64,000 bases of DNA, from contig CAZPHU010000002.1 of assembly GCA_964586285.1 (NCBI GenBank), forward strand, positions 1,499-65,498, written 5' to 3'. Under the pieces are notes generated by a model, which was not told where the DNA came from, searched no databases, and worked only from the letters and a program-made list of their open reading frames with translations. The translations under genes were made by a program, and so were the position numbers. Below are positions 9,301-17,851 of this stretch, one piece after another; positions within the stretch are counted from its first letter, which is position 1, and every line of letters begins with the position of its first letter. The DNA comes from an uncultured Fibrobacterota bacterium. GTDB taxonomy: Bacteria; Fibrobacterota; Chitinivibrionia; Chitinivibrionales; CAYFVL01.

Positions 9301-12300
9301 GTCGGCAATAGGCGATTCCCGGTCCGCAGAAATCCAGGCGCGTGTCAAAATTGCCTTGTCCTGCATCGGGCAGGCTCCGGAAGCCGTCGCCACGTATGTA
9401 AGACTAGCTTTCTGGTTGACCTGCAGCTTGGGTATCGACCAGGTGATAACGTTTCCCTCGACGGTTGGCTCGATGCCAAACGGTGGCTTACCGGTAAAAC
9501 GGCTAAACGAAAATCCGTCTGGAATGGTGTCTCTGATAATCACATTGGTCACCTCGCGGCCGGGAAGCGGTCCGTTTCCGGCGACCCGTCTCCAGGTGTA
9601 TCCATCCCACTCCTCCACAAGCACATTGTCAACCGTATGCGAGGCTGTCGCGCATTCCTTTGGATTCCAGGTGGTCACCGCAACATTGGGATTATCCGGA
9701 TCGGTCCAGTCGGCGGTCACCGGCCAGTATTTCCCGTCATCGGTGTCCTCGGCCGCCGGATCCCACGACCAGTCATCGCTCCAGTTTGCTTCGGTCCAGG
9801 TGCTGGTATTTACATTCCATACCAGGCGAAGCGGGTCGGTACCGCCACGATGAATCATACCTTCGATGCCGCGGTACCAGTTAATGTGGTAGTTGGTCGT
9901 GGTAAGGTTGATTGTACGCTCGGGATTTGTCGGATCCGAAAACTGAAGGATTATACGCTGATTCCATTTACCGTAATCGTCCTCTCCGGGCGTGATATTT
10001 TCGTGAAGAATAGTAATGAAATCCGGGTCGACTCCCTCGACAATGGTTGGCTGCACCTGCCAGCCGTTTGAACACCCCTCCTCGCCCGCGTAACACTTTA
10101 GCCCGGCATCAAAGAGGAAATAAGAAATACGATAGTTTCCATAATCGATATACGCTTCATCGGCGTCATGGAAAAGCTTTACCCGCATGGAGGTCATTGC
10201 CGCTGAGCCGGAGGGGAGCGGATCGTGAGAGTAGGCGAAATGTACTCCCGTGCGACCCCCGTTTATCCATCCGGCCTCGGAGGTGTTCTCGAAGTCTATG
10301 GTAAACTCTATCTCACTTCCAGGATTGACGTGTGTATTTGACGCCTTCTTATCAACAACAAGTGCGCGTTTGGCGATATCCAGATGATTTCGCCTCATTA
10401 CCGAGCTGATATCGTTTGGAAACTCATTGGACGTCCATCCCGAGCCGTTTGTGCACGAAATCGTCACGCTGTTTCTATACTGATTTTCCGTTGCTGTGCC
10501 GACCATCACGTGCAGACTGACCCGGCCGGTGGTCGGCTCCACCCCGGTGGTAGTTTTAAAGCCGGGAACCGTGCCGATATCCCAGGTGACCACGTTTGTC
10601 GCCGCATCATATACACCGCCGCCGGTGGATGAGATGTAGACGAAATCCGGATGCAGCGTATCTTTGATGGTTACTCCCTGCGCATCGAGTGACCCGTAGT
10701 TGCGGTAGTCGATATGGTAGGTGATCGTGTCCCGCTCGAATGCAAACGATTTGTCGATATCCAAATATACCTTCATATTTGCGGTCGGTTTTATCTCGGC
10801 TGGCCTCTGATAGTTACCGGTCAAAACCAGCATCCCCAGAAGACGAAACCATCCGTGAAAATAGTGCGGTACGCTGGTGATATATCTGCCGCCCTCCGTG
10901 CCGTCCCATTTTATTTCCAGGTTACGATAGAGCTGTGCCATCAGATCAAAATCCTGCGCAACCACCGCGGAGGGAGAGCCGGTGCCGGGAACCCAGTTAA
11001 GGGCAAAGGTTCCCAGAGGTTCGCCTTCAGGCGTGTAATAGTATTTCAGTATATCGGGGCCCCAGAATGAGGCAAGCGTATCACTGACACCCGCAACGCA
11101 TGAAAAATTCCAGGGTTGCTGACGGCTGTCCCACAGAAAACGAGCATACCGTTTCCCCACATCACTTTCAAAGCTGTTGGGTATGCCGGGTTGCACCTGG
11201 TGGGTTTCCGGGTCCCAGGTGTAGTTGGGGTCGCCATGCCACATACTGTTTAGGATGGTACGCCATGCCATGCGGAAATCTTCACCGTCGGAAAAATTGC
11301 TGAAGGTGGCATTGTTATTCTCATCAAGCTCGACCCACCCGGCGAAGGGAATCATCTTCTCGTCATTGAGCACTTGCCCCATCAACCAGTCGGAGGAGGC
11401 CTCGGCGCGTCGAAACTGATAGATGTTCCAGGCGTAGCGGGCGGAATCCTCCTGTGCCAGAAAATCGGCGAACGCCTTGAAATAACTCGGCGCTGTATAG
11501 TCGATATGCTGTTGGGAAGGTCCCTTATGTTCGGGGAGAATCGAAAAACCGCTTGTCGCCACATCGTTTGCCCACCCGGTAAGCTCTGTCCAGGAATCGC
11601 CACCCTTAAAATATCCGTCCAGGCCAATATCGCCGGTGACATAATTATCGTTCACATTGTAAGGTATCGTGTCGGTGAGCGCTTTCATAAATTCGACAGC
11701 TTCCTTTTTATATGAGATCGGCTCCCCGCAGGCATCATCGATTCCCATAAACTCGCCCCATTGCAGATAGGCGACAAGAAGCGCCAGCCCGATATCAAAG
11801 TCACCGTCGGCTGCGGAGTTCGCTCCTGAGCCGGTCCAGCCGGGCAGCTGGCTGTATGCATATTCAGGACTGGAATCTTCGCAGTCACTGTAGCGTTTAA
11901 CCTTATTCATCCGAAAATCGTGAATCCAAAGCCAGAGCCCGTCAAATGTCTCTTTGTCTGCCATGGCGGCCGCCGCCAAAAGCGCATATCCATCACCTTC
12001 CGTACATGACGGAGTTGACTGGAAGTAGATATAGTCGACTCCGTCCACTCCACCCCCGGGCTTCTCCGCCCGGTTCATCATAATTTGATATGCATCTCTG
12101 ATGGTTTGTTCCATCTCGGCGTGGGTGACACCGTCTCCGGGCTGGGTGGCCAGATTGTTCAGCGTCCCCGATTCATTGGCATAGGGCAGAAACTGAGGGA
12201 AGGGGTACACCGGATTACCCGAATTGATATGTACCTCCACCTGAGCATTGGCGGTATTTACAGTGTAGATGAAAAGAAGGAAAAAATGTACACCAACGCA

Positions 12301-12348
12301 GCGGGCTATTTTAGTGAGATAAATTGTCATCTGATTCACGGTTTTCAT
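6370..12348 (-). CDS. Giant secreted surface protein with an N-terminal GH8-like domain, DUF11-type and Ig-like (Big_2) repeats, and a T9SS/FlgD-Ig-like C-terminal domain
   Basis: Uninterrupted 1,992-aa ORF with a signal-peptide-like N-terminus (...FFLLFIYTVNTANAQV).
- GH8-like blocks: TEGDGYALLAAAAMAD and AADGDFDIGLALLVAYLQW, the latter fitting the GH8 signature with 2 mismatches.
- DUF11-like repeats: TITYHIDYRNYG...VTWDIGTV and VITWSIPKL.
- Big_2-like segment: SSSDITVATVKAN...
- Poly-Pro linker: PPPPLPP. Confidence 0.85.
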   Translation of the reverse strand: MKTVNQMTIYLTKIARCVGVHFFLLFIYTVNTANAQVEVHINSGNPVYPFPQFLPYANESGTLNNLATQPGDGVTHAEMEQTIRDAYQIMMNRAEKPGGGVDGVDYIYFQSTPSCTEGDGYALLAAAAMADKETFDGLWLWIHDFRMNKVKRYSDCEDSSPEYAYSQLPGWTGSGANSAADGDFDIGLALLVAYLQWGEFMGIDDACGEPISYKKEAVEFMKALTDTIPYNVNDNYVTGDIGLDGYFKGGDSWTELTGWANDVATSGFSILPEHKGPSQQHIDYTAPSYFKAFADFLAQEDSARYAWNIYQFRRAEASSDWLMGQVLNDEKMIPFAGWVELDENNNATFSNFSDGEDFRMAWRTILNSMWHGDPNYTWDPETHQVQPGIPNSFESDVGKRYARFLWDSRQQPWNFSCVAGVSDTLASFWGPDILKYYYTPEGEPLGTFALNWVPGTGSPSAVVAQDFDLMAQLYRNLEIKWDGTEGGRYITSVPHYFHGWFRLLGMLVLTGNYQRPAEIKPTANMKVYLDIDKSFAFERDTITYHIDYRNYGSLDAQGVTIKDTLHPDFVYISSTGGGVYDAATNVVTWDIGTVPGFKTTTGVEPTTGRVSLHVMVGTATENQYRNSVTISCTNGSGWTSNEFPNDISSVMRRNHLDIAKRALVVDKKASNTHVNPGSEIEFTIDFENTSEAGWINGGRTGVHFAYSHDPLPSGSAAMTSMRVKLFHDADEAYIDYGNYRISYFLFDAGLKCYAGEEGCSNGWQVQPTIVEGVDPDFITILHENITPGEDDYGKWNQRIILQFSDPTNPERTINLTTTNYHINWYRGIEGMIHRGGTDPLRLVWNVNTSTWTEANWSDDWSWDPAAEDTDDGKYWPVTADWTDPDNPNVAVTTWNPKECATASHTVDNVLVEEWDGYTWRRVAGNGPLPGREVTNVIIRDTIPDGFSFSRFTGKPPFGIEPTVEGNVITWSIPKLQVNQKASLTYVATASGACPMQDKAILTRAWISADRESPIADSVAVTVTCDSVPPPPLPPTTMYKQADRMVYGVDDTVTYSIAYKQTHGSIVTDASDIGEWLDHGGNGLFTISQDTIVYDQKDGMMVHSYSYGVNGTFGGTIFPPTYSSFSLVARSSEDDFVEIRMFRDYGDMRVQFYNSGTQVGEDQRFSYTDFNSTPPNFNFKVKLAGDTISLWAGDTTEPSPNVTQTGIDIRAGYAGVRNVEDFSEAKLWNWNSHFDAAYDVTIHDPLPSNLTFTSAGGTIVTGPLAGKELTANYNGGDITWPVVGGDEVLEAGDSVSLWLKATVGECYRDTISNTAYTNIRGYPTDYIGAHTNILCLSEDDGRPYHIDIILDTINFDRTTDEILDSLTLGPNQDSFTLYAIVRDRNGRFIRYANASWSSSDITVATVKANRWTATINNVGSGASVISAHEPDILGDSLFLTIDTAPSWPSIKSAVMLDDNGDLSPDMLSVVLQSDFAENQKLDSVVIQYNGNKYVVPASSVIQQDLFLSIPFTTLSGKDSRPTGNVTIHMSGDDEQKQNSRSFVDGVGPALTAASVIENLGNESNVLVLTFSESIVTSTLNGNQLLLINGSLSDPIPLFIESIIDSLGENLFIVNVSSESDLPQAGDSLRLVPKGQNGLISDLNANLPHDLNPSVVLTLKKGPAAISSAAYFDGNADGFVDYATVRFKRSVDRSEFASVKILWNFNSKSKGETLTKDHIDFINDSTIKVPVGGALINPENRLTNPNMDIRISYSGFTDYPITSPVADSAAPVALSARVYPGAYLENDSRQPDTLKVLLSEPILLSFGSKPFSLSPKDGSPDLAPDMHLTGLSQTTYHFTIPNSNLDESLLFTNGDSLYINPDAEMADTRGKIQDNPLNNRVPVKVVWPPATWRKSAGPNPFSPSTKGESIMIKLKPTTPVDLRNVQITCTIFDAIGNVLFSETLQLRDNAFLGIWDGRNQNGRIVGEGTYSAFLVIEDGSGSETKLKIPLGITN
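6373..6666 (-). other. C-terminal ~98-aa sorting/Ig-like domain of the giant protein (T9SS type-A CTD / FlgD-Ig-like)
   Basis: GPNPFSPS...ITCTIFDAIGNVLFSETL...GIWDGRNQNGRIVGEGTYSAFLVIED...KIPLGITN. It has the same length and pattern as the tail of the protease at 55464..55757. Confidence 0.55.
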
Positions 12349-12450
12349 CGACAGGAAAAATGGTTGATATATTGCGTCATCTAATAAGTAGTTGTTTTAA
12401 TGGACTTTAACAAAAATGTGATACAAGCATAAGCATAGTCGGGAGTACAC

Positions 12451-12475
12451 AAAAAACGGTTCATTTAATTGAACC
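12451..12475 (-). terminator. Weak candidate rho-independent terminator between the NUDIX gene and the giant gene
   Basis: On the minus strand, GGTTCA-attaaa-TGAACC is followed by gTTTTTT. The stem is only 6 bp and lies ~320 nt downstream of the NUDIX stop. Confidence 0.3.
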
Positions 12476-12791
12476 TGCTAAAACATAATATAACAAATAG
12501 CAACGGTTACGGTTTGAAGTGGTGAAAGAATAGATTTAACTGTTTAATAAATGAAACGAAAATCCAACATATCTTAATTTTCGGCGAGCTATTAACAAAG
12601 GAGTTGCCGGCGGTATTGCCGGCGATCATAGTATTGTATAGTGTGCAAATAGATTCATAAAGTTCCAGGCGACTGAAGCTATGCTTGTAAAGACGCCAGA
12701 GAGGAATATTATGTGTAGTGCCCATGCGCATACTTCTGTAATTATGGAGAAAATCTCTACCCTTATGATCAATTATCATTGCTGTGCTTCA

Positions 12792-13217
12792 TTATCCGGA
12801 TGTAAGGTCCTGATTGAACTCTCGTCGAATAATATCGCAAAGTGATGGAATCGACAGCATCTTAAGAGCATCATTTATTCCGACGACACATCGTGCACGT
12901 ATTTCTTTTTCGGGCCAGATATCTAAAATTTCTCGAACGACCATTCGATATATCTGAACAACGCAAATTTTTCGATATTTCGATGATACATATGAACCTA
13001 TCGGTTCATCGGACTCTATCGTACCTATAAGCCCAGCTTCTTCTTGAGCTTCCTTAAGGGCTGATTGTTGAGGGGTCATATCCCGTTCAATAAAACCTTT
13101 AGGAAGAATCCACTTCTTCTGTCGCCGTGACGTTATTAAGACGATAGCGGCTTTCGGACCACATTTGACGATAGGTAGGACACCTGTCTGTTTGTGGAAT
13201 GATCTTGTCTTACTCAC
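12792..13217 (-). CDS. NUDIX hydrolase
   Basis: 141 aa with a Nudix-box-like LPKGFIERDMTPQQSALKEAQEEAGL. GTG start preceded by a GAGGA Shine-Dalgarno. Confidence 0.75.
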   Translation of the reverse strand: MSKTRSFHKQTGVLPIVKCGPKAAIVLITSRRQKKWILPKGFIERDMTPQQSALKEAQEEAGLIGTIESDEPIGSYVSSKYRKICVVQIYRMVVREILDIWPEKEIRARCVVGINDALKMLSIPSLCDIIRREFNQDLTSG

Positions 13218-13236
13218 AATTAATCCTCTAAAGTTG

Positions 13237-13245
13237 TGCTATAAT
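13237..13245 (+). promoter_or_regulatory. Extended -10 promoter-like element (TGcTATAAT)
   Basis: Exact TGnTATAAT at 13237-13245 on the plus strand, ~430 nt upstream of the 13678 gene. There is no good -35. Confidence 0.3.
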
Positions 13246-13677
13246 ACTAATAAGCGCACGGTCATATCATCAAAAATTGTGCCATCTAAGAAGAGCGCGA
13301 TGCAAAAGATTTATTTACCGAACACAGGTTGTTACCAGACCGCCATGCCTTGATGCGAAATGCCCATTGAATAGCATCGTTATGAGCGTTTTGAAACATT
13401 TTTTTTTTAATTGCGATAGGAATGCGACACTTTTTTGAGTTTAAGCCAAGATAATATGCCGCGCACCCTGTTTCATTTTCGCCCATTTTCTATTTTACAG
13501 TTTAGTCTGAGGATGATAATAAACAATAGGTATGGGCAATGTTCGAAATATCAATTAGATATAACGAAATTGTATGATTGTGCCCAATTGGCGGCCAAAC
13601 TATGATTAAGAACATGGTTTAAGGTCAACAATAAGAGCAAAATTACGATATTCAAACACCTTTAACAGGTAAAGAAC

Positions 13678-14523
13678 TTGAACCTTTTTAATCAGATTCA
13701 TTCAAGTATAGTATCACCACCTTTTTATCGCACAGTGAGTAAACTTACTGCCAGGCAGGTTGTTTGGTTTGTTTTACGTATAGTTTTGTTGACTGCCACG
13801 ATAGAAGCGGCGATTCACACATACCAATCGGTCAGTTTGGAATCAGGGATACCCCGTTACCTTTCAAAAATAATGGATGGAATCAGAATTCATAAAGGTG
13901 AACTAATATCCGACAAAGGTGCTATATTTGTACCCGCGAAGGCATATGTTCGTGATTTCGTTGCATTCATTTCATCCACATCGACTCAGTATATTAACCT
14001 TCCGGATTCATCCATACTCATAGATACGCGTGAAGAGGAACAGAGGGCAACCTCTGTAAAACCGTTTATTCGTCTATTGCCTCGAAAGATGGAAATAAAC
14101 AATGGTGCTACAGTTGTACCGATCGAGTATACTTCTCTTTTTGGTTCAAACGGTGAGATTTCTTTTACTTCACCAGAAATCAAATCATTTCTTCACAGCA
14201 ATATTGTTGCTGTATCATCATTCTTTTTGGTCTTTTACATCATTAAGAGCGGTGCCGACATCCTGTTCGCTCTATTTTTTCTGACATTTGCAGCATATAT
14301 ATTCAGAAAAGGGAGAAAAGATTTGGCGCATTCCTTAAAAATCGCTTCCTTTGCCATAAGCCCCATAGCAGTAGCGCACATACTGGTGGCTTTTTCCATG
14401 ACTCGTATGGAATGGACGGGTCAGGCAGCGCTGATTGTATCTTCAGTGGTGTTATTTCGAGCCATTAAATCTACTGGACCTCGACCGGAGGAGTCATCGG
14501 AAAGTAATCAGGAGATGAAATGA
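13678..14523 (+). CDS. Multi-pass membrane protein, DUF1189/MalA-like (tentative)
   Basis: 281 aa with a TTG start. The N-terminus MNLFNQIHSSIVSPPFYRTV is followed by a TM helix, a ~130-aa loop and about 4 further TM helices. The DUF1189 resemblance is recalled from memory, not verified. Confidence 0.5.
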   Translation: MNLFNQIHSSIVSPPFYRTVSKLTARQVVWFVLRIVLLTATIEAAIHTYQSVSLESGIPRYLSKIMDGIRIHKGELISDKGAIFVPAKAYVRDFVAFISSTSTQYINLPDSSILIDTREEEQRATSVKPFIRLLPRKMEINNGATVVPIEYTSLFGSNGEISFTSPEIKSFLHSNIVAVSSFFLVFYIIKSGADILFALFFLTFAAYIFRKGRKDLAHSLKIASFAISPIAVAHILVAFSMTRMEWTGQAALIVSSVVLFRAIKSTGPRPEESSESNQEMK

Positions 14524-15392
14524 TGAGCTTTTTGGGAATTGAACAGAAAAAGGGTGACCCTCTTAACCTTGAAGGTCATTTGATTGTATATGCGAAGATC
14601 GATTTAGACCCATCTGAGGTAATTGAGCCAAAGCACCCTATCGCCTCTATGATACACAACGGTCTTTTAGTCGCACAGGGAAACTATCGGGATCAAAACA
14701 ATCTCCGTGACTTTCTCAAGTCAGAGATGGGATTGTCTTTGGAAGAGGGGTTAGGTGAATTCATCGAAAAATTAGACGGCCTTGAATCTGCTCTTGATCC
14801 ACAGAAATTAAAGGACAAAATAAACCATCTCGATGATATTCAAGACTTTATACCTACTCCGGCCAAAATAGTGCCTTTTAACTCCGAGCAGGAAATCTTG
14901 GCTCAGGAGGCTGATATCTTTTATACTGGGCTATTTAAAAACGTTGCCAACGCTAATCTTAGTGTAAATTCCTTTCCCATTCTCTACCAGGCAAGATTCA
15001 GAGAACAGCAGATCGATCTCGTAAAAGGTGAAATAGAACAACTTATTTCTCAAGTTGAACATACACAAGTGCACAGTGGGCTGTCGGGCAAGGAACTGGA
15101 GCAAAAAATTCTAAAGGAGTATATTCCTCAGATGCTTTATTGCCGAAATGATAAGCCCGTGCTCAGATCAACGGAGACACAGTTTCGCAAATTTTTAGGC
15201 GATCGCTTTAATGATGATGCCGATCACATAATTAAGCTGATTGAGCAGCCCAATGATTTGAGTGCCCGCCATTATCAGCTTCTTGAGTTGTATGCAAGAA
15301 AAATTGCTGAGATCAGCAGTGAAAATTTCGCTGCGGTAGAGAGTATTAATCGATCAATTGAAGATTTGGAAAACGGATTGTCGGCCGATTAA
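14520..15392 (+). CDS. Hypothetical soluble protein (290 aa), translationally coupled to the upstream membrane protein
   Basis: ATGA overlap at 14520-14523. Acidic, helical composition with no recognisable motif. Confidence 0.65.
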   Translation: MMSFLGIEQKKGDPLNLEGHLIVYAKIDLDPSEVIEPKHPIASMIHNGLLVAQGNYRDQNNLRDFLKSEMGLSLEEGLGEFIEKLDGLESALDPQKLKDKINHLDDIQDFIPTPAKIVPFNSEQEILAQEADIFYTGLFKNVANANLSVNSFPILYQARFREQQIDLVKGEIEQLISQVEHTQVHSGLSGKELEQKILKEYIPQMLYCRNDKPVLRSTETQFRKFLGDRFNDDADHIIKLIEQPNDLSARHYQLLELYARKIAEISSENFAAVESINRSIEDLENGLSAD

Positions 15393-15845
15393 GACGGTTT
15401 GTCTATTCGTCTTCTTGAATTCATGAATATGGGATTGTCGTAGCTACACCATTACGAGCAAAATTTGAAAAATGTAGTAGAAGGACCTTTGCGGCAGCTA
15501 CTAAACAGACCGATTCTTCATTTAATGGCGTTCCTCTGATGTATGAAAAAAAGAAAAAGCAAGCAATTTCTTCGGTGAGGATTTATAATTGCTAAAGCAT
15601 CTAAAACACTGATGTGCGAATACACTGTGAGCATAAATTCAAATGATGCGTACTTTCTTCCTGTGGGTTCCCGTATTAAATATGAAATGAGGATTGTTTC
15701 ATTTTAAAAATCGGTCTTTCACCTTTTTTTGTCAATTTTTAGAGTGAACTAACTCTATGTGTTCGTTCGTTAACGCTAATTCTAAAGAACCGGAAAGAAT
15801 TTTTGGTGGATTTATCCGGTCTTTATGGGAGTTGTTGGTTAAAGT

Positions 15846-17519
15846 ATGCTGCCCGATATCAACCTGCTAATGAATATTATTGAGCAAATTCCTGAGGGTG
15901 TGGTAGTTACAGACCTTTCAGGTAGAATCAAGTATGCAAATGCGAACGCCGCCGAGTGTCTTGGATATGGTAATGAGAAACTAAATAAACAGTCTATTGC
16001 GGAAATATTTTTGGGAACCGAAGACGGTCAGGAGTGGGGTGATGTCGTATCGGTAATTCAAAATGGTGACCTGTTTGTTTCAAAAGGGCACTTCATTTGT
16101 GTAGATCATACTGAACGGCTGTGTTCCTTGCATGGATTCATGATCTACAATAAAAGTAGCAAAGGAGAAGAGGCCGAAGTCGTTTTGATATTTCGTGATA
16201 TAACTAAACAACAGCGTATTGCTGCTGAATTAGAGCGAAAGAACCTCGAAATGGCGAAAATGAACAGCGAGCTGATTCGTTCAAATTTGGAACTTAAAAG
16301 AGTTAGTGAGCTTAAATCAAATTTCCTCAGTATTGCTTCTCACGAATTAAAAACTCCTCTGACATCAATAAAGGGCTACTCTGAAATTATTATCGAGAAT
16401 ATGAAGGACCATTTGGACGGTGGGTTGTTTAGAATGATCGAGAGCATAAGCCGAGCGGCCGACCGACTTCATAGAGTGATCAATAACATGTTGGATGTTA
16501 CGCGTATTGAGAAAAAGAGGTTACGGCTGCATCCCGAGCCCCTGGATCTCGCTAAAACTGCTCAGGATTGTATAGAGGATCTAGCACAGTTTTCTGCTCA
16601 ACGATCAATTACTTTTAAGCCCAGATTTCAGGAAAACTTGCCGGAATTCTACGGAGATAAAATGCGCATACAACAGGTTTTTACTAATCTTTTCAGCAAT
16701 GCTCTCAAGTACTCTCCAGACAACACCGAAGTAGATGTAGTTATTAGGCGCGAAAACGAGTCATTTCATATCATAGTAAAGGACTATGGAATCGGAATAG
16801 ACCAAAATGAGCAGGATAAAATATTTGATGCTTTCTACGAAATTGGTAAAGCAACTCGTCACAGCACGAATTTCAGCAAATTTCTGGGTGGTGGAACCGG
16901 TTTGGGTCTTTCAATCGTAAAAGGAATCATCGAGCGACATGGCGGAAGAATTTGGGCCGAAAGCAAGGGTACGTTAGAGGGGGAATACCCAGGCAGTGAA
17001 TTCCACATAATTCTCCCCTTGGAGGCGAAAATTCCATGGGAAGACGACGATACCAAGGTGATCTCGGTGGCAACAGCAACTGCGGCAAAGGGCAATAAGA
17101 GAGAGGGGCAGGAGGAGGCTGAAGTAAATCAGAAGCCGCGCATTCTGCTGATTGACGACGATCGTGAAGCTATAGAGATAGCCAGGATGGTGCTTGAAAA
17201 TGCCTTCGAAATTCTTGTTGCTGAAAGCGGTGAAAATGGATTGACAATGGCTTTTGAGCAGAAGCCTTCCATGATTTTACTTGACTTGTATTTGCCCGGT
17301 CTTGATGGAAGTCGCATATGTCGAATCTTACGTTCTCAAGAGGAGACCAGAGATATTCCCATAGCGTTTTTCTCCGCTGGTACTCAAAACGATGAGATGC
17401 AGCGATGTTTCGCGAGCGGAGCGGACGACTTCATCGTTAAACCATTTAGTGGTAAAGAATTAGTCGAGAAGATTTGGCGAATTCTGATGAAAAAGAAAGA
17501 AGAAGAAAGCTTCCGTTAA
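15846..17519 (+). CDS. Hybrid sensor histidine kinase (PAS - HisKA - HATPase_c - REC)
   Basis: H-box SIASHELKTPLTSI, N-box FSNALKYS, G-boxes DYGIGI and GGTGLGLSIV, and a C-terminal receiver ILLIDDD...LDLYLPGLDG...KPF. Confidence 0.9.
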   Translation: MLPDINLLMNIIEQIPEGVVVTDLSGRIKYANANAAECLGYGNEKLNKQSIAEIFLGTEDGQEWGDVVSVIQNGDLFVSKGHFICVDHTERLCSLHGFMIYNKSSKGEEAEVVLIFRDITKQQRIAAELERKNLEMAKMNSELIRSNLELKRVSELKSNFLSIASHELKTPLTSIKGYSEIIIENMKDHLDGGLFRMIESISRAADRLHRVINNMLDVTRIEKKRLRLHPEPLDLAKTAQDCIEDLAQFSAQRSITFKPRFQENLPEFYGDKMRIQQVFTNLFSNALKYSPDNTEVDVVIRRENESFHIIVKDYGIGIDQNEQDKIFDAFYEIGKATRHSTNFSKFLGGGTGLGLSIVKGIIERHGGRIWAESKGTLEGEYPGSEFHIILPLEAKIPWEDDDTKVISVATATAAKGNKREGQEEAEVNQKPRILLIDDDREAIEIARMVLENAFEILVAESGENGLTMAFEQKPSMILLDLYLPGLDGSRICRILRSQEETRDIPIAFFSAGTQNDEMQRCFASGADDFIVKPFSGKELVEKIWRILMKKKEEESFR

Positions 17520-17772
17520 AATAACCAACCCTTTATCCTCCCTCCTTTAGCCCCCAAAGAACTATCAGTTACTCCAAAACGAGAATCCATTTCCAAAGAT
17601 AAATTTAGCTTTCCTAAGGGAATTTGAATATTTTTGGCTAGAGAGAAACGGGGCGCCCAAATTCAAGAATTGTTTTTAATGTAGAAGGGCGTAATTGGCT
17701 GCCTCTCACAATAGAGGTCGTTAAGTTTCAAGATAGTTGAATGTAAGTAATCAAATGTCAGTCATAAAAAAA

Positions 17773-17808
17773 GAGGAATGACTCGTCGTGCCATTCCCCT
17801 TTTTTTTC
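17773..17808. terminator. Bidirectional rho-independent terminator between convergent genes
   Basis: aaaaaaa-GAGGAATG-actcgtcgtgc-CATTCCCC-tttttttt. The stem is flanked by an A-run and a T-run. It lies between the kinase (+) and SH3b (-) genes. Confidence 0.6.
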
Positions 17809-17851
17809 CCAACACTCACACTTTACAAAGGAGGTATTTTATATATTAAGA

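Noticed and set aside
7201-12384. Numerous plus-strand ORFs of 60-211 aa inside the giant gene (for example 9218..9853, 9637..10071 and 10714..11070), which could be taken for overlapping or antisense genes.
   Set aside because: They cluster exactly in the high-GC part of a 1,992-aa uninterrupted minus-strand ORF with recognisable domains. Their products are low-complexity (R/G/P/S-rich), and they lack Shine-Dalgarno sequences. They are typical shadow ORFs of GC-rich coding DNA.
12507-12779. A 90-aa minus-strand ORF in the gap between the NUDIX gene and the giant gene.
   Set aside because: The sequence is AT-rich, there is no Shine-Dalgarno, and the product is hydrophobic and aromatic junk-like. 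I treated it as non-coding promoter/leader DNA.
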